Under the pieces are notes generated by a model that had not been told where the DNA came from, searched no databases, and saw nothing but the letters and a program-made list of their open reading frames with translations. DNA of 64,000 nt from a virus, in the IMG/VR virus record IMGVR_UViG_3300041956_000313, positions 28,727 to 92,726 of that record, one strand, 5' to 3'. Numbering within the stretch: the stretch's first letter is position 1; the number at the start of each line of letters is the position of its first letter. Made by a program: the position numbers and the translations under genes. Below are positions 1-9,335 of the stretch, piece after piece.

Positions 1-462
1 GAAGGCTCACCGGACAACATCAACCGTGTCGTCACTGTGCCCAATCCGGCTGCGACGTCGACGGTGATCGGTGACTTGACGAACGGTACGTGGTACTTTC
101 GCGTGACGGTCTACACGACCGTCACAGTGAACGGTGCAACGGTCACCTCCGAGAGCATGCCCTCTCAAGTCGTGAGTGGTGTAGTCACCGGTTCCGTCGT
201 CGTCAATCCGACTCCGCCCACCGGACCGAAAGTGGTAGCGGTCGTCGACGGGCTCAACATGTCACCGGTGTACGGCATCAGCTCTGCGGGCGCACGGCAG
301 GAAACGGTACTCGGCTTCGTACCAATTGGTAAGCTCTGCACCGGCAGTCCGGTCTTCACGTACCGCGGCCGCTCGTACTACCGCTACAACGTCACGGCAG
401 ACGTCGTGCCGTGGCAGAGTACGGTCACACAGAACTCTGCGGTGGCTTGCGCTGCTGAGTGA
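1..462 (+). CDS. Fibronectin type III domain protein (5'-truncated by window edge)
   Basis: Frame is open from base 1; FN3-like strands (IGDLTNGTWYFRVTVY...SESMPSQVVS). Confidence 0.7.
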   Translation, partial: EGSPDNINRVVTVPNPAATSTVIGDLTNGTWYFRVTVYTTVTVNGATVTSESMPSQVVSGVVTGSVVVNPTPPTGPKVVAVVDGLNMSPVYGISSAGARQETVLGFVPIGKLCTGSPVFTYRGRSYYRYNVTADVVPWQSTVTQNSAVACAAE

Positions 463-468
463 CGGATT

Positions 469-626
469 CCGGACTTCGTGTCTGCTCGTGTCTCCCACCT
501 TCGGCATTCTTTGAGTGCCGTTGTTCTTGCAGACACGGAGTCCGGTGCTGAAGGTCCCGGCCCCGCTCGTCGGGTCTGACGCTAGTTTCTAGGACTGAAG
601 CTAGAGTCGAAGCGAGCGGGGCTGGG
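469..626 (+). other. Two long intergenic RNA stems (possible RNA processing/stability elements)
   Basis: CCGGACTTCGTGTCTGC (469-485) pairs with GCAGACACGGAGTCCGG (529-545) around an inner CGGCATTC/GAGTGCCG hairpin; CCCGGCCCCGCTCG pairs with CGAGCGGGGCTGGG (556-626). Confidence 0.6.
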
Positions 627-747
627 TTTGATTCTCGTACGACCGCACACCAGAGTCTGTGAGCGACGATCGTACTCCCACCCCATGCGAGCCCCGTCCG
701 TATATCTGATCGGACGAACCAACACAGCAGATAACGAGGTAATTGAT

Positions 748-1029
748 ATGCCGAAACCGGTCGAGTTCAAGGAGCCGTCGTTCAGAGAACGTCTCATCCA
801 GAAGAAAGAGCGTGGTTATCGGCAATACAACGCGCGCTATGCCCGCGGCTACAAGAAGGCACGGCAGCAGCGTGTGCGCCGGCATGATCGGCCGCAGGGC
901 GGACCGTACAAAGTACGACTGGTGACGCGCAAAGAGGCTGCGCTCTTTCGCTCACTGTCGTACATCGACGTGCCGCTGACCGACTCGAAGCGCTCTTTCC
1001 TCGACATCTTCCGGAGCTCGCCACGATGA
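748..1029 (+). CDS. Hypothetical basic protein
   Basis: GAGG SD before ATG 748; stop overlaps next start. Confidence 0.55.
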   Translation: MPKPVEFKEPSFRERLIQKKERGYRQYNARYARGYKKARQQRVRRHDRPQGGPYKVRLVTRKEAALFRSLSYIDVPLTDSKRSFLDIFRSSPR

Positions 1030-1262
1030 GTAAGCAGCCGATGCGCGTGATGATCGGGCCGGGGCAGACTCTCGAAGTCAGCCTCTGTGACGAGTCTGGC
1101 GAGGAAATCGACGGCACGATTGAGGTGAAGTTCGGTGCGCAAGCACTCACCGTCGAGACGACCCGGCCGGACTCGTTCGGCCGCAAGGGAATCTTGTATG
1201 AGGAAAAGTTTGGAAAGGTCGGCAAGAACATGCGGCCGCTGATCAAGAGTAAGAGGAGCTGA
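1026..1262 (+). CDS. Hypothetical protein
   Basis: ATGA overlap with upstream gene. Confidence 0.55.
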   Translation: MSKQPMRVMIGPGQTLEVSLCDESGEEIDGTIEVKFGAQALTVETTRPDSFGRKGILYEEKFGKVGKNMRPLIKSKRS

Positions 1263-1264
1263 CA

Positions 1265-1696
1265 ATGCCGATGAAGATCGGTTTCACAGGCACACGAGTC
1301 GGCATGACGCCGAAGCAGGAGAAGGAAATAGCACACCTGCTGCGAGCTCAGTCAGAGCTGCACCACGGTGACTGCAGCGGTGCCGACTATCAGGCGCATC
1401 TCATTGCTCTGCGCTTGAACGTGCCGAAGATCGTCATCCACCCGCCGACTGATGACAAGCTGCGTGCTCACTGCGAGCGCTACAAAGTCGAGAACACTTC
1501 GGTAGTGGTGAAACCGGCCGCGGATTTTCTCGTGCGCGATAAGGACATCGTGCTGGCATGTGAGATGCTCATCGCTGCACCGTCGACGTTCAAAGAGAAG
1601 CGTCGTTCAGGCACGTGGACGACACTGCGCTATGCACGTGAGGCCGGCTGTCCGTGGGTGCTCGTATATCCGGACGGACGCACGGCACATTCATAG
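1265..1696 (+). CDS. SLOG (DprA/YspA-like) family protein
   Basis: KIGFTGTR, HHGDCSGAD, RDKDIV, SGTWTTLRYA motifs typical of the SLOG Rossmann fold. Confidence 0.7.
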   Translation: MPMKIGFTGTRVGMTPKQEKEIAHLLRAQSELHHGDCSGADYQAHLIALRLNVPKIVIHPPTDDKLRAHCERYKVENTSVVVKPAADFLVRDKDIVLACEMLIAAPSTFKEKRRSGTWTTLRYAREAGCPWVLVYPDGRTAHS

Positions 1697-1704
1697 GAGG
1701 AGAG

Positions 1705-2751
1705 ATGACGACGATGCCCAGCGGATTCGCCGCACATCAGTGTGATTCGAAGGGACCGTGGCAGACGAAGCGTTACTGGATAGACGGCAGCTTCGCTTTC
1801 ACGAATCATGCTACTTGTTCGGTGTGCGGCGCGCCCATGCCGAACCTCACGACCTACTTGACAGGAAAAACAATGCCCACGATACAGAACGACCCCGACA
1901 ACTCGAAGTATCCGCACATCGCTTCGAACGGTGACCCAGTCATCGACATCTTGATGGACTTGATAGTCAAGCTGCGCATGCGTTCTGATGAGCAGATGCG
2001 TGACAAGATCGAGCTGAAGAACGCGCTGACCGACCTGAACACGGCTCTGGAAGATGCCAAGAAGCTGCTCACACAGCGTGACGAAGCGCGGCAGACTGCC
2101 ACGATGTGGGAGAAGTCCGCAACTCAGTACTACAACACCTATGTCGAATACCAGAATCGTCTCAAGGCGATCGGTGAAGCGATCGGTGAAGAGGCCTATA
2201 CGTGTGATGACGGCACACGTGTGCCTATCAGTGAAGGACCGTTGCTCGGCAAAGTCACCGAGCTTGCTGTCAAGCGCATCAAGGCACTGCACATGTTCAC
2301 GTCGAATCGTGATCCGCTCGACTTTGCGTTTGATGTCATCAGGCGCGAACTCGAAACGGATGAGAAGAAGCGCGCGATGCTACTGGCTCAGTTGCGACAG
2401 TGGTTCATGCCGCTGGCTAGCAAGTACATTGGTGCCTGTGCACGTTGGGCCAGTGCGTGTGAGGGCCGCGTCTCGGAGTCCGCTGTCGACAGCGGTGGGC
2501 ATGTAATGTGGCCGCTGACGGCGGAAGCTGAGCACATCCGTGACAAGGGCGTTGCGGAGCTGCTGACTATTCTGTTCAATTTTCAGAGTGATGCTGTGTC
2601 ATCTCAGTCGAGCTGTGACAGCCAGAGCACACCACCTGCTCATCGACCTGAGTGGACTGACTGGCTCAGAGACGCAATCGTGCGTGATGTGTCTGAGCGC
2701 GTCAGGCGAGCTCTAGATCGCGACTCGGCAGCCAAGACGCCGAAGCGGTAA
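1705..2751 (+). CDS. Hypothetical protein with coiled coil
   Basis: AGGAGG SD before ATG 1705; long ORF. Confidence 0.65.
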   Translation: MTTMPSGFAAHQCDSKGPWQTKRYWIDGSFAFTNHATCSVCGAPMPNLTTYLTGKTMPTIQNDPDNSKYPHIASNGDPVIDILMDLIVKLRMRSDEQMRDKIELKNALTDLNTALEDAKKLLTQRDEARQTATMWEKSATQYYNTYVEYQNRLKAIGEAIGEEAYTCDDGTRVPISEGPLLGKVTELAVKRIKALHMFTSNRDPLDFAFDVIRRELETDEKKRAMLLAQLRQWFMPLASKYIGACARWASACEGRVSESAVDSGGHVMWPLTAEAEHIRDKGVAELLTILFNFQSDAVSSQSSCDSQSTPPAHRPEWTDWLRDAIVRDVSERVRRALDRDSAAKTPKR

Positions 2752-2999
2752 TGACTAAATCCGAGCGAGAGCAACTCAAGAAGGAGCGAGCTCTCGCTCG
2801 GATGATCTTTGGTCACAAGAACGTAGGGAAGCGGCAAACCGAAAGCATCAACGCTCGTTGTGAAGCACCGCGTGACATTGAGGTGTTGCGTACAGTTGTT
2901 GACATGAACGGCGGCAACGCTTTTCTCGCGGCTGCATTCGGACAAATCAACGGTGAGGAATACTTGCTCATAACCAGTGCAGCAGACACAGAGGAGTGA
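2751..2999 (+). CDS. Hypothetical protein
   Basis: TAATG stop/start coupling. Confidence 0.5.
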   Translation: MTKSEREQLKKERALARMIFGHKNVGKRQTESINARCEAPRDIEVLRTVVDMNGGNAFLAAAFGQINGEEYLLITSAADTEE

Positions 3000-3135
3000 C
3001 GATTGCAGACGAGGAGCAGGGGTACGTGGTGCGCTATGTCGATGAGTCTGCTGTCGTCAAGGGACAACGGCTTAAGTGCTGGCCGACCGAAATTTTGCGC
3101 GGCAAAGTCGAAATCATCGACCCGGAGAAGAAGTC

Positions 3136-3402
3136 ATGAAAACAATTCCTGTTTTGGTGCTTGCGAGCATCGTTGACCCGAACGTCACAGACCCCGAGCA
3201 TGAGCTGACTGTGCCGGTAGTGCATCTCGTGCGCGGTGCGCGTACCGGCAAGGCCGCACGGGTCACGCACACGATTGCCATCTGCGGCCGCAAGAAGAGT
3301 GCTAACCGCATCTGGAAGGCAGAAGCAGAGTACACCCGAGACACGTACGATGACGTGACGTGTGACCGCTGCAAAGAGCGCGGCCCACGCGTGCGGCTCT
3401 GA
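3136..3402 (+). CDS. Hypothetical protein (Cys/His)
   Basis: GGAG SD; coupled to next gene. Confidence 0.5.
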   Translation: MKTIPVLVLASIVDPNVTDPEHELTVPVVHLVRGARTGKAARVTHTIAICGRKKSANRIWKAEAEYTRDTYDDVTCDRCKERGPRVRL

Positions 3403-3602
3403 TGAACAAGGCACTGCTCGGAGCGATGCGCAAAGGCGCACGCGCTGCGACCCTCAATCAGCCGCGTGAAGCTCCGTACGGGGACATCCGTCAGTATGAC
3501 GGCAAGCTCACGTGGTCACGAGCTTTCATCGTAGCGTGGCTAAACGGCTATGACGAAATCATGAAGCAGCGTGCAGCCAAGAAGCGGAGGGCAAAGAAGT
3601 GA
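3402..3602 (+). CDS. Ribosome modulation factor (Rmf/CrpP)-like small protein
   Basis: A-x-x-x-G-x-x-A...PY...WLNGY pattern resembles RMF (RGYQAG...CPY...WLGGW). Confidence 0.5.
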   Translation: MNKALLGAMRKGARAATLNQPREAPYGDIRQYDGKLTWSRAFIVAWLNGYDEIMKQRAAKKRRAKK

Positions 3603-3940
3603 ACGAGAAATTAGCGAAAATCGGCCGGCTGGCACTCCGTGTCGAGAACGAACGCTGGGTAGCGTACTACGCGCTCGAAGGCACGATGAAGGGCGCCGTC
3701 TGGCTAGGCGCGATCAAACTTAGCGCAGTCAGTGAGGGCATCAAGGGCGGCAAAGAGCGAGGTCTAGCGTTCCGTACGCTCATGCAAGAGCTCGTGGCCG
3801 ATATTCTCGAAGAGCAGCTAGGTGTGCGGCCGTCGTGGCCCGACCAACCTAAGCCCGCCCCGGAGCACGAACGTGGCGCAGCGGGCGCCACAGAAGGTAT
3901 TACGCGTCATGCCGGCATCACCGGATTAGACGAGCACTGA
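3599..3940 (+). CDS. Hypothetical protein
   Basis: GTGA overlap with upstream stop. Confidence 0.55.
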   Translation: MNEKLAKIGRLALRVENERWVAYYALEGTMKGAVWLGAIKLSAVSEGIKGGKERGLAFRTLMQELVADILEEQLGVRPSWPDQPKPAPEHERGAAGATEGITRHAGITGLDEH

Positions 3941-3982
3941 CGCACTCGCATATCATCCTTTTTGATTCACAGGAGACTGACG

Positions 3983-4207
3983 ATGCCAACACCCGAAGAA
4001 GTTCAAGCCGAGATTCAAGCTGCGCGCACGACGTTCATCGACAACGTGCTCGCGGCCGTAGGTGCGACCGTGCCTGCAGAGTCGGTGTCTGCTCTGCGTT
4101 CGTTCGTGAACGGGCTGATAACAGAAGGCACGGATCACGACGCGGCAGTGATCCGCACGCGCGAGTTCCTGAGTAGCCCTGCCATGCGACCTGACTCACC
4201 GTACTGA
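3983..4207 (+). CDS. Hypothetical protein
   Basis: AGGAG SD before ATG 3983. Confidence 0.55.
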   Translation: MPTPEEVQAEIQAARTTFIDNVLAAVGATVPAESVSALRSFVNGLITEGTDHDAAVIRTREFLSSPAMRPDSPY

Positions 4208-4461
4208 GTTCCGCTCCGCTGCCTCAACTGTGTTACTCGGACTGCGTGCACGTGTCACGAGTATCCGACCGAGGCAGCGGAGTCGGAGCAATCCGAGTTC
4301 TGTTCTCGTCACTGGTGTCAAGTGGGCATCAACGTGATGGTCAACGCTTCCGATTTTCCCACTTTCCCGGAGCGGTGCGCCGAACTGGCAGACGGAGGGC
4401 TTCAGCGTTGCCGGTGACGAGGGCAGACGATTTCGCTTGTTTCAACTGAGGAGGAGTCGAG

Positions 4462-5142
4462 ATGAAAAAGTTTCTGTTGAGTGACGCCTTTCTGGCACGA
4501 GCAGTGATTTTCGTTTTGCTGCTGATGGCCGTGATTCTGTTCGTGCCCGAGAGTGAAGCACAGACGCCGACACCGACGACACTGAGCATGTGCCCGACGG
4601 CTACGGTGGGCACGCCGAAGAGTGCATGCAGCTCACCGAAGTGCATGACGCCGAAGACAAATGACGACATCGTGCTTACGACTATTGGCGGACTGCAGCG
4701 CTGGCAGAAGTGGTCGACGATTCCGCCGACGGGTGAAGTGCGCATCTGCTCGACGACGTCGACGGCGCAGACATGGACGACGCGTGACAAGGTGAACATC
4801 ACACCTCCGCCCGGTGACATTCCGTCTGTAGGCGCAAGTCCGACGTCATTTGCGTGGACGCAGCCGACGACAGGTGACGTGCTCGGATACAAGCTCTATA
4901 TGGGCACGAAATCAGGTAGTTACTCCGCTCCGGTAGACCTGGGCAAAGTGCAGCGTTATGAGCCAACCGGACTGACACCGGGGCCGTGGTTCTTTGCTGT
5001 CACTGCGTATAATGCAGAGAAGACGGAGGGACCGTTGTCGGCCGAGCTCAGCATCGTCATCGACCCTCCGAAGCAACCGGAGCCCGAGAGGGCGATTTAC
5101 TGCACTTCATCCGGCCGCACGGCGACCTGTGAGGTGCGCTAG
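4462..5142 (+). CDS. Exported protein with fibronectin type III domain
   Basis: Signal peptide ending SEA-Q; FN3 motifs FAWTQP..VLGYKLYMGT..GLTPGPWFFAVTAYN..EGPLS; strong SD. Confidence 0.8.
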   Translation: MKKFLLSDAFLARAVIFVLLLMAVILFVPESEAQTPTPTTLSMCPTATVGTPKSACSSPKCMTPKTNDDIVLTTIGGLQRWQKWSTIPPTGEVRICSTTSTAQTWTTRDKVNITPPPGDIPSVGASPTSFAWTQPTTGDVLGYKLYMGTKSGSYSAPVDLGKVQRYEPTGLTPGPWFFAVTAYNAEKTEGPLSAELSIVIDPPKQPEPERAIYCTSSGRTATCEVR

Positions 5143-5151
5143 GAGCGTGTC

Positions 5152-5595
5152 ATGCGTCAGCTCATTGACGCGGAGTGGACGACGGTCCGAGCGGCCGTCG
5201 TCTTTCTCGCGTTCTGCGGAGGTGTAGCGGTTTACAAGACTGAGTTTGTCGATTCTCTGAACATCAGCCGGTGCAAGGATGCGGGCTTCGATCACTTCGA
5301 CCCTGACACACGGACGTGCTACATCATTACCTACGACTATGTTTGGGACGTTGCGACGATGTACACCGTCGGGCACACGGACCTGCGCGCCGATCGTGTG
5401 CGCAAGCGACTCAAAGAGCTGCGCTATGAGCCGCGCGTCTCACCGGCGATGTATGAACGCCTCAGGCGTATAGCTGATCGAGATGAGCGCAGCAGACTGA
5501 TGGCAGACTACATAGCAGCAAGGAGAGAACGTGAAATCAGTAATTCTCTTAGCGATGGCACTCGCGCTGACGGCGTGCAAGACGGCGGATCATGA
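5152..5595 (+). CDS. Hypothetical protein with N-terminal hydrophobic segment
   Basis: AGGAG SD; hydrophobic AAVVFLAFCGGVAV. Confidence 0.55.
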   Translation: MRQLIDAEWTTVRAAVVFLAFCGGVAVYKTEFVDSLNISRCKDAGFDHFDPDTRTCYIITYDYVWDVATMYTVGHTDLRADRVRKRLKELRYEPRVSPAMYERLRRIADRDERSRLMADYIAARREREISNSLSDGTRADGVQDGGS

Positions 5596-5683
5596 CAAGC
5601 GGGCACGCTATCCGGTGTATTACCTCTGCAAAGATGACAACGGCGTGCAGCCGTGTGACACGGTCAAGCCGGTACCGCAATGA
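5531..5683 (+). CDS. Small 50-aa lipoprotein (not in ORF track)
   Basis: AGGAG SD, GTG start, MKSVILLAMALALTA-C lipobox, stop overlaps ATG of next gene. Confidence 0.65.
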   Translation: MKSVILLAMALALTACKTADHDKRARYPVYYLCKDDNGVQPCDTVKPVPQ

Positions 5684-6171
5684 GACGTGAGTGCGCAGAG
5701 ACCAGAGACGGTCGTTACCGCTGGGTGCTCGAAATCATCTGGCGGAACGATCTTCCAAAGGTCGTGTTCGTCATGCTGAATCCGTCGACAGCGAACCGGC
5801 ACAAAGACGATGCGACGTCGCGCAAGTGCACCACGCTTGCCGATCGTTGGGGCTATGGTGGTGCCGTGCTCGTGAATCTGTTCGGCCGGCGCGCTACTTC
5901 ACCGCGACTCATGAAGGCGTACGGTCCGGCGGCATGTGGTGACATGAACGACGTGTGGCTAGACATCGTTTGGGAGCGGCATCCGAACGACATCATTGTG
6001 GCATGGGGCAATCACGGCACGTTCAGAGACCGTGACCGCAAAGTGCTCAAGATGATGCGTGATCGCGGGCTCACGGCTCGCTGCCTCGGCATCAACAAGA
6101 ACGGCACGCCGATGCACCCTCTGCTCGTCGAGCACGCGCGCAAGCCGCAAGTCTATCAGTGGCCCGTATAG
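5680..6171 (+). CDS. DUF1643 family protein
   Basis: YRW, FVMLNPSTA, VNLF, IIVAWG, GTPMHPL motifs. Confidence 0.85.
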   Translation: MRRECAETRDGRYRWVLEIIWRNDLPKVVFVMLNPSTANRHKDDATSRKCTTLADRWGYGGAVLVNLFGRRATSPRLMKAYGPAACGDMNDVWLDIVWERHPNDIIVAWGNHGTFRDRDRKVLKMMRDRGLTARCLGINKNGTPMHPLLVEHARKPQVYQWPV

Positions 6172-6190
6172 CTCTACACGGAGGTAAACG

Positions 6191-6616
6191 ATGAACATGA
6201 ATAGAACTATAGAAATCGTGCGCACTCGCGGCCGTCGCTTGATGCTGCAGAACTCGGAGCGTTTCGGGTACGTGACGAGAGAAGATATTTTGCGGTTCGC
6301 ACAGGAAGGCAGATACGTTCGTGTGACGGATCGTGCCACAGGCGCTGACATCACGAACAATGTGCTGCTGCAGGCGATGTCATTGTCCGTGCTGGCCGAC
6401 GAGTTCGACACGAAGCTTCTGCACGAGATCATTCGCAAGAGCCCAAAAGCTCTTGCGTTGGTGGCTGGCACAGCAGGCAAGCATGTGCGGCCGGTTGAAG
6501 AGAGGCAAATACAAGCGATAGGAGATTGCACTAATGCTGATACTGACACGCAGGACGGGCGAGACGGTGATGATAGGCAACGAGGTCACCTTGACAGTGC
6601 TGGGAGTCAAGGGTAA
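6191..6616 (+). CDS. PhaR/PhbF-like protein (PHB accumulation regulator N-terminal DNA-binding-like domain)
   Basis: RRL...YVT..DI.....G..VRVTD..TG.DIT..VLLQ pattern matches the PhaR N-terminal domain. Confidence 0.6.
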   Translation: MNMNRTIEIVRTRGRRLMLQNSERFGYVTREDILRFAQEGRYVRVTDRATGADITNNVLLQAMSLSVLADEFDTKLLHEIIRKSPKALALVAGTAGKHVRPVEERQIQAIGDCTNADTDTQDGRDGDDRQRGHLDSAGSQG

Positions 6617-6767
6617 TCAGGTGCGCATCGGCATCAATGCGCCGAAGTCGGTGCCCGTGCATCGTGAGGAGATTTACGAGCGCATTCAGCGCGAGCTGGC
6701 GGGCGATGTGAACGGCAACAGACAGGAGGAACCGTGCCAGGTCAAACGACCTGAGTTTACTCGCTAG
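6534..6767 (+). CDS. csrA: Carbon storage regulator CsrA/RsmA
   Basis: [52 protein letters not shown], near-canonical CsrA. Confidence 0.97.
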   Translation: MLILTRRTGETVMIGNEVTLTVLGVKGNQVRIGINAPKSVPVHREEIYERIQRELAGDVNGNRQEEPCQVKRPEFTR

Positions 6768-6837
6768 AGGTCAATCGAGTCTGAAACACGGACGGCCGAG
6801 ACAGCATAGTCTTCTCGGCCGTCTTGCTGACAGGAGA

Positions 6838-7149
6838 GTGAAAATGGCTGTGAAGGTCGTCAACTACGGGACGTTGATGCAGAAGGTCGCTAGCGGTGAC
6901 GTCTTCGTCGAAGGCTTGCACGAGGGCGATGGTACGACGGGCCGAGTTCGTTATGACGAGCTCCGCATTCGGTGTGGCAAGCTGGACGAGTTCTTGCCGC
7001 TCGTGGCTGAGTGCTGTCTTTGCGGTGAGGTGCTCGTGGTCATTGAAATAGAACGAGACCGCGGCTTTGCTTGGGCATCGATCAAACACCCTGGAATGTT
7101 GCAGTTCAAGCTGACAGGACCGGGCATCGAGGAGGTGCGGCATGTCTGA
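6838..7149 (+). CDS. Hypothetical protein
   Basis: AGGAG SD; ORF in + strand run. Confidence 0.5.
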   Translation: MKMAVKVVNYGTLMQKVASGDVFVEGLHEGDGTTGRVRYDELRIRCGKLDEFLPLVAECCLCGEVLVVIEIERDRGFAWASIKHPGMLQFKLTGPGIEEVRHV

Positions 7150-7471
7150 GCAGAATGTGCAGATGGAATCAGGACCGGGCGTTGATGTCGAGAGTGACGA
7201 AGTGCAGCCCGATTTCTCGAAAGTGAAGTTCTTTGAGGCAACGTACGACGCCCACTTGCCTCCGTACATCGTGCGTGTGTGGCGCTCGGCACCGTCGTAT
7301 GACGAGGCAGTAAAAACGGACTTCTCTGACGTCAACGCAATCCTTGAGCAGTGCGTCTTCGGGCATGCGGTGCTGCTCGCGGAGCTCACGAAGCTGCCCA
7401 ACGTCACGGCCGTGCAGGTAGTCAGTGACGGCAATAATCTCGGAGTAGTTGCGTACACGGAGTGGCCGTGA
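7142..7471 (+). CDS. Hypothetical protein
   Basis: GGAGG SD before ATG. Confidence 0.6.
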   Translation: MSEQNVQMESGPGVDVESDEVQPDFSKVKFFEATYDAHLPPYIVRVWRSAPSYDEAVKTDFSDVNAILEQCVFGHAVLLAELTKLPNVTAVQVVSDGNNLGVVAYTEWP

Positions 7472-7646
7472 GCTCTTTGAAGTTGTTGAAGAGCGGCGCA
7501 CCGGCTTTGAAAGCCGGTGACATCATCACGATCGCCGGACTAAGTGCTCCGCGCCCACCGTGGTATCGTCCCATCAAGTTGTACTGCTGGTGGCGTAATC
7601 CGGTCAGGCCGCTGCAAAAGTTTGTTGTGCGTGAAGCGAGGAACGA

Positions 7647-8132
7647 ATGAATCCGATAGAAATACCCGGCGCTAACTCGTCTCTCACGAAACCCAAGAAC
7701 TGGGACGAGGCACGTGACGGTGAGTGCGAGACGCTCAAAGTTCTTACCGGCGTCGATGAGGCAGGACGGCAAATACTAGCAAGCGCGTGGCGGCCGACGA
7801 AGGACGAGTTAGAGGCGCTGAGTCACGGGCATGCCGTTATGCTGACGATTTACGGCCGGTCGCATCCGCCGGTGTGGATCGGTGTGACGCCCACTGCTGT
7901 CGACGTGCCCGTTGAAAACCTGAAGATCGAGGAGATGCAGAAACAGTACTTTCATGACACTGCGAAGCGCGAGATTGAAATTGTGGTGGCGTCACTAGGA
8001 CTTAGTTGGGAGGTCAAGACTCCGGCTGATGTCGTGAAGCTCATGATTCTGTCGTGGTTGCGCGGTCGTGTGTGGCAGGAGACGTATAGTGAGCCGCCCA
8101 CAGCAGAAGCACGCAACGCGGGAGCAACATGA
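7647..8132 (+). CDS. Hypothetical phage protein
   Basis: GAGG SD; P.NWD...G.C..L...W.PT..EL..L..G pattern. Confidence 0.6.
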   Translation: MNPIEIPGANSSLTKPKNWDEARDGECETLKVLTGVDEAGRQILASAWRPTKDELEALSHGHAVMLTIYGRSHPPVWIGVTPTAVDVPVENLKIEEMQKQYFHDTAKREIEIVVASLGLSWEVKTPADVVKLMILSWLRGRVWQETYSEPPTAEARNAGAT

Positions 8133-8292
8133 ATCTGGTGCCGATGTTGATGCCACGGCCGGTCACGGTGACGCCGCGACGGATTGAGCGCATCGTGTAC
8201 GACGACGAACCGTTTACTTACGATGTGTGCGCCGTGTGCGGCTGTGGCTGGCCGGATCTAGATCCGAATCACAAAGATCCTTGTGAGGACAA

Positions 8293-9102
8293 ATGATTCA
8301 CTATCACGGTGCCGACATCACGCCACAGGAAGTCGGTAGAGCAGCACTCAAAGGCAAGCACGTGCTGTTCAGTTTTCTGAGCCCGCGTGACATCAAGCAC
8401 GTCACTGGACTCTGTCAGTCTTACGTGTTCGATTGCGGCGCCTACAACGCGTTCACGTCGGGCAAGCCGATCACGGAGTGGGAGCCGTACTACGATTGGG
8501 TCGATGAGTGGCGGCATCATCCGGGCTTCGACTGGGCGGTGATTCCTGATGTCATTGACGGTGACGAGCGCGCGAACCGCAGGCTGTTAGACGAATGGTG
8601 CAAGCGGTTCGACGACGTGAATCGTGCTCCCTGGGCGAAGGCATACTCAATGGGTGTGCCGGTGTGGCATCCGCACGAGTCGATGCACTATCTGCGGACG
8701 CTCGCAGCGAATTTCCGTACGGTTGCAATCGGTGGCAGCCGGCGCTTCCCACTCGGACGCAAAGCGTGGTGGCACCGGATCGATGAAGCGTTTCGCACGC
8801 TGAGCCTCGAGGACGGCACGATGACGTGTCGTGTGCATGGCATGCGGATGCTCAACCCGAAATACGTGAGCCGCTTGCCGATGTCGTCGGCTGACTCGTC
8901 GAGTGCCGCTCGCAATGGCAACAACCGCGCACACGGGCGCGGCAGCTTTCATGCACCGACACTCACACGTGTGCGACAAATCATCGATCGACTAGAGGCG
9001 TATAACTCACCGGCACGCTATGTGCCTCAAGTAATCACGCACAACCATCTTTTCAGTGACGCCTATGTCTTACCCAAACTGCAAAAACGGCCGCGCAAGT
9101 AA
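8293..9102 (+). CDS. tRNA-guanine transglycosylase (TGT)-like TIM-barrel protein; candidate DpdA-type DNA transglycosylase
   Basis: FDCGAY, PDVI, GVPVWH, VAIGG, VHG, SADSS motifs follow the TGT/DpdA order; genome also carries queF, gat-queC, queE. Confidence 0.55.
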   Translation: MIHYHGADITPQEVGRAALKGKHVLFSFLSPRDIKHVTGLCQSYVFDCGAYNAFTSGKPITEWEPYYDWVDEWRHHPGFDWAVIPDVIDGDERANRRLLDEWCKRFDDVNRAPWAKAYSMGVPVWHPHESMHYLRTLAANFRTVAIGGSRRFPLGRKAWWHRIDEAFRTLSLEDGTMTCRVHGMRMLNPKYVSRLPMSSADSSSAARNGNNRAHGRGSFHAPTLTRVRQIIDRLEAYNSPARYVPQVITHNHLFSDAYVLPKLQKRPRK

Positions 9103-9335
9103 GTGTGGCATGCGTGACCCCGTCGGAGTCTTCGACGTGCAACGTGACGTGCTTCGAGCACTGAGCGGTGAGGAGATGGGCAGTGCTTTGCGCAAGGCAT
9201 TGCACACACTTGCTACGGCGTATGCAAAGCGACTCAGCAAGGGTGACAGCTTTGTCGAAGGTTTCAAACATGGTCATTTGTTCGTCACGTTGCGCACGAC
9301 GAGCAAATTTTACCCACGCAACAACAGGAGATTGT

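Noticed and set aside
1985-1995. Other CTGATGAG matches in coding regions (about 1985 and 26052)
   Set aside because: No stem II-GAAA-stem III arrangement follows them.
4369-4445. tRNA-like start GGAGCGGTGCGCCGAACTGGCAGACGG
   Set aside because: No T-arm GTTCRA, anticodon arm or acceptor-stem closure.
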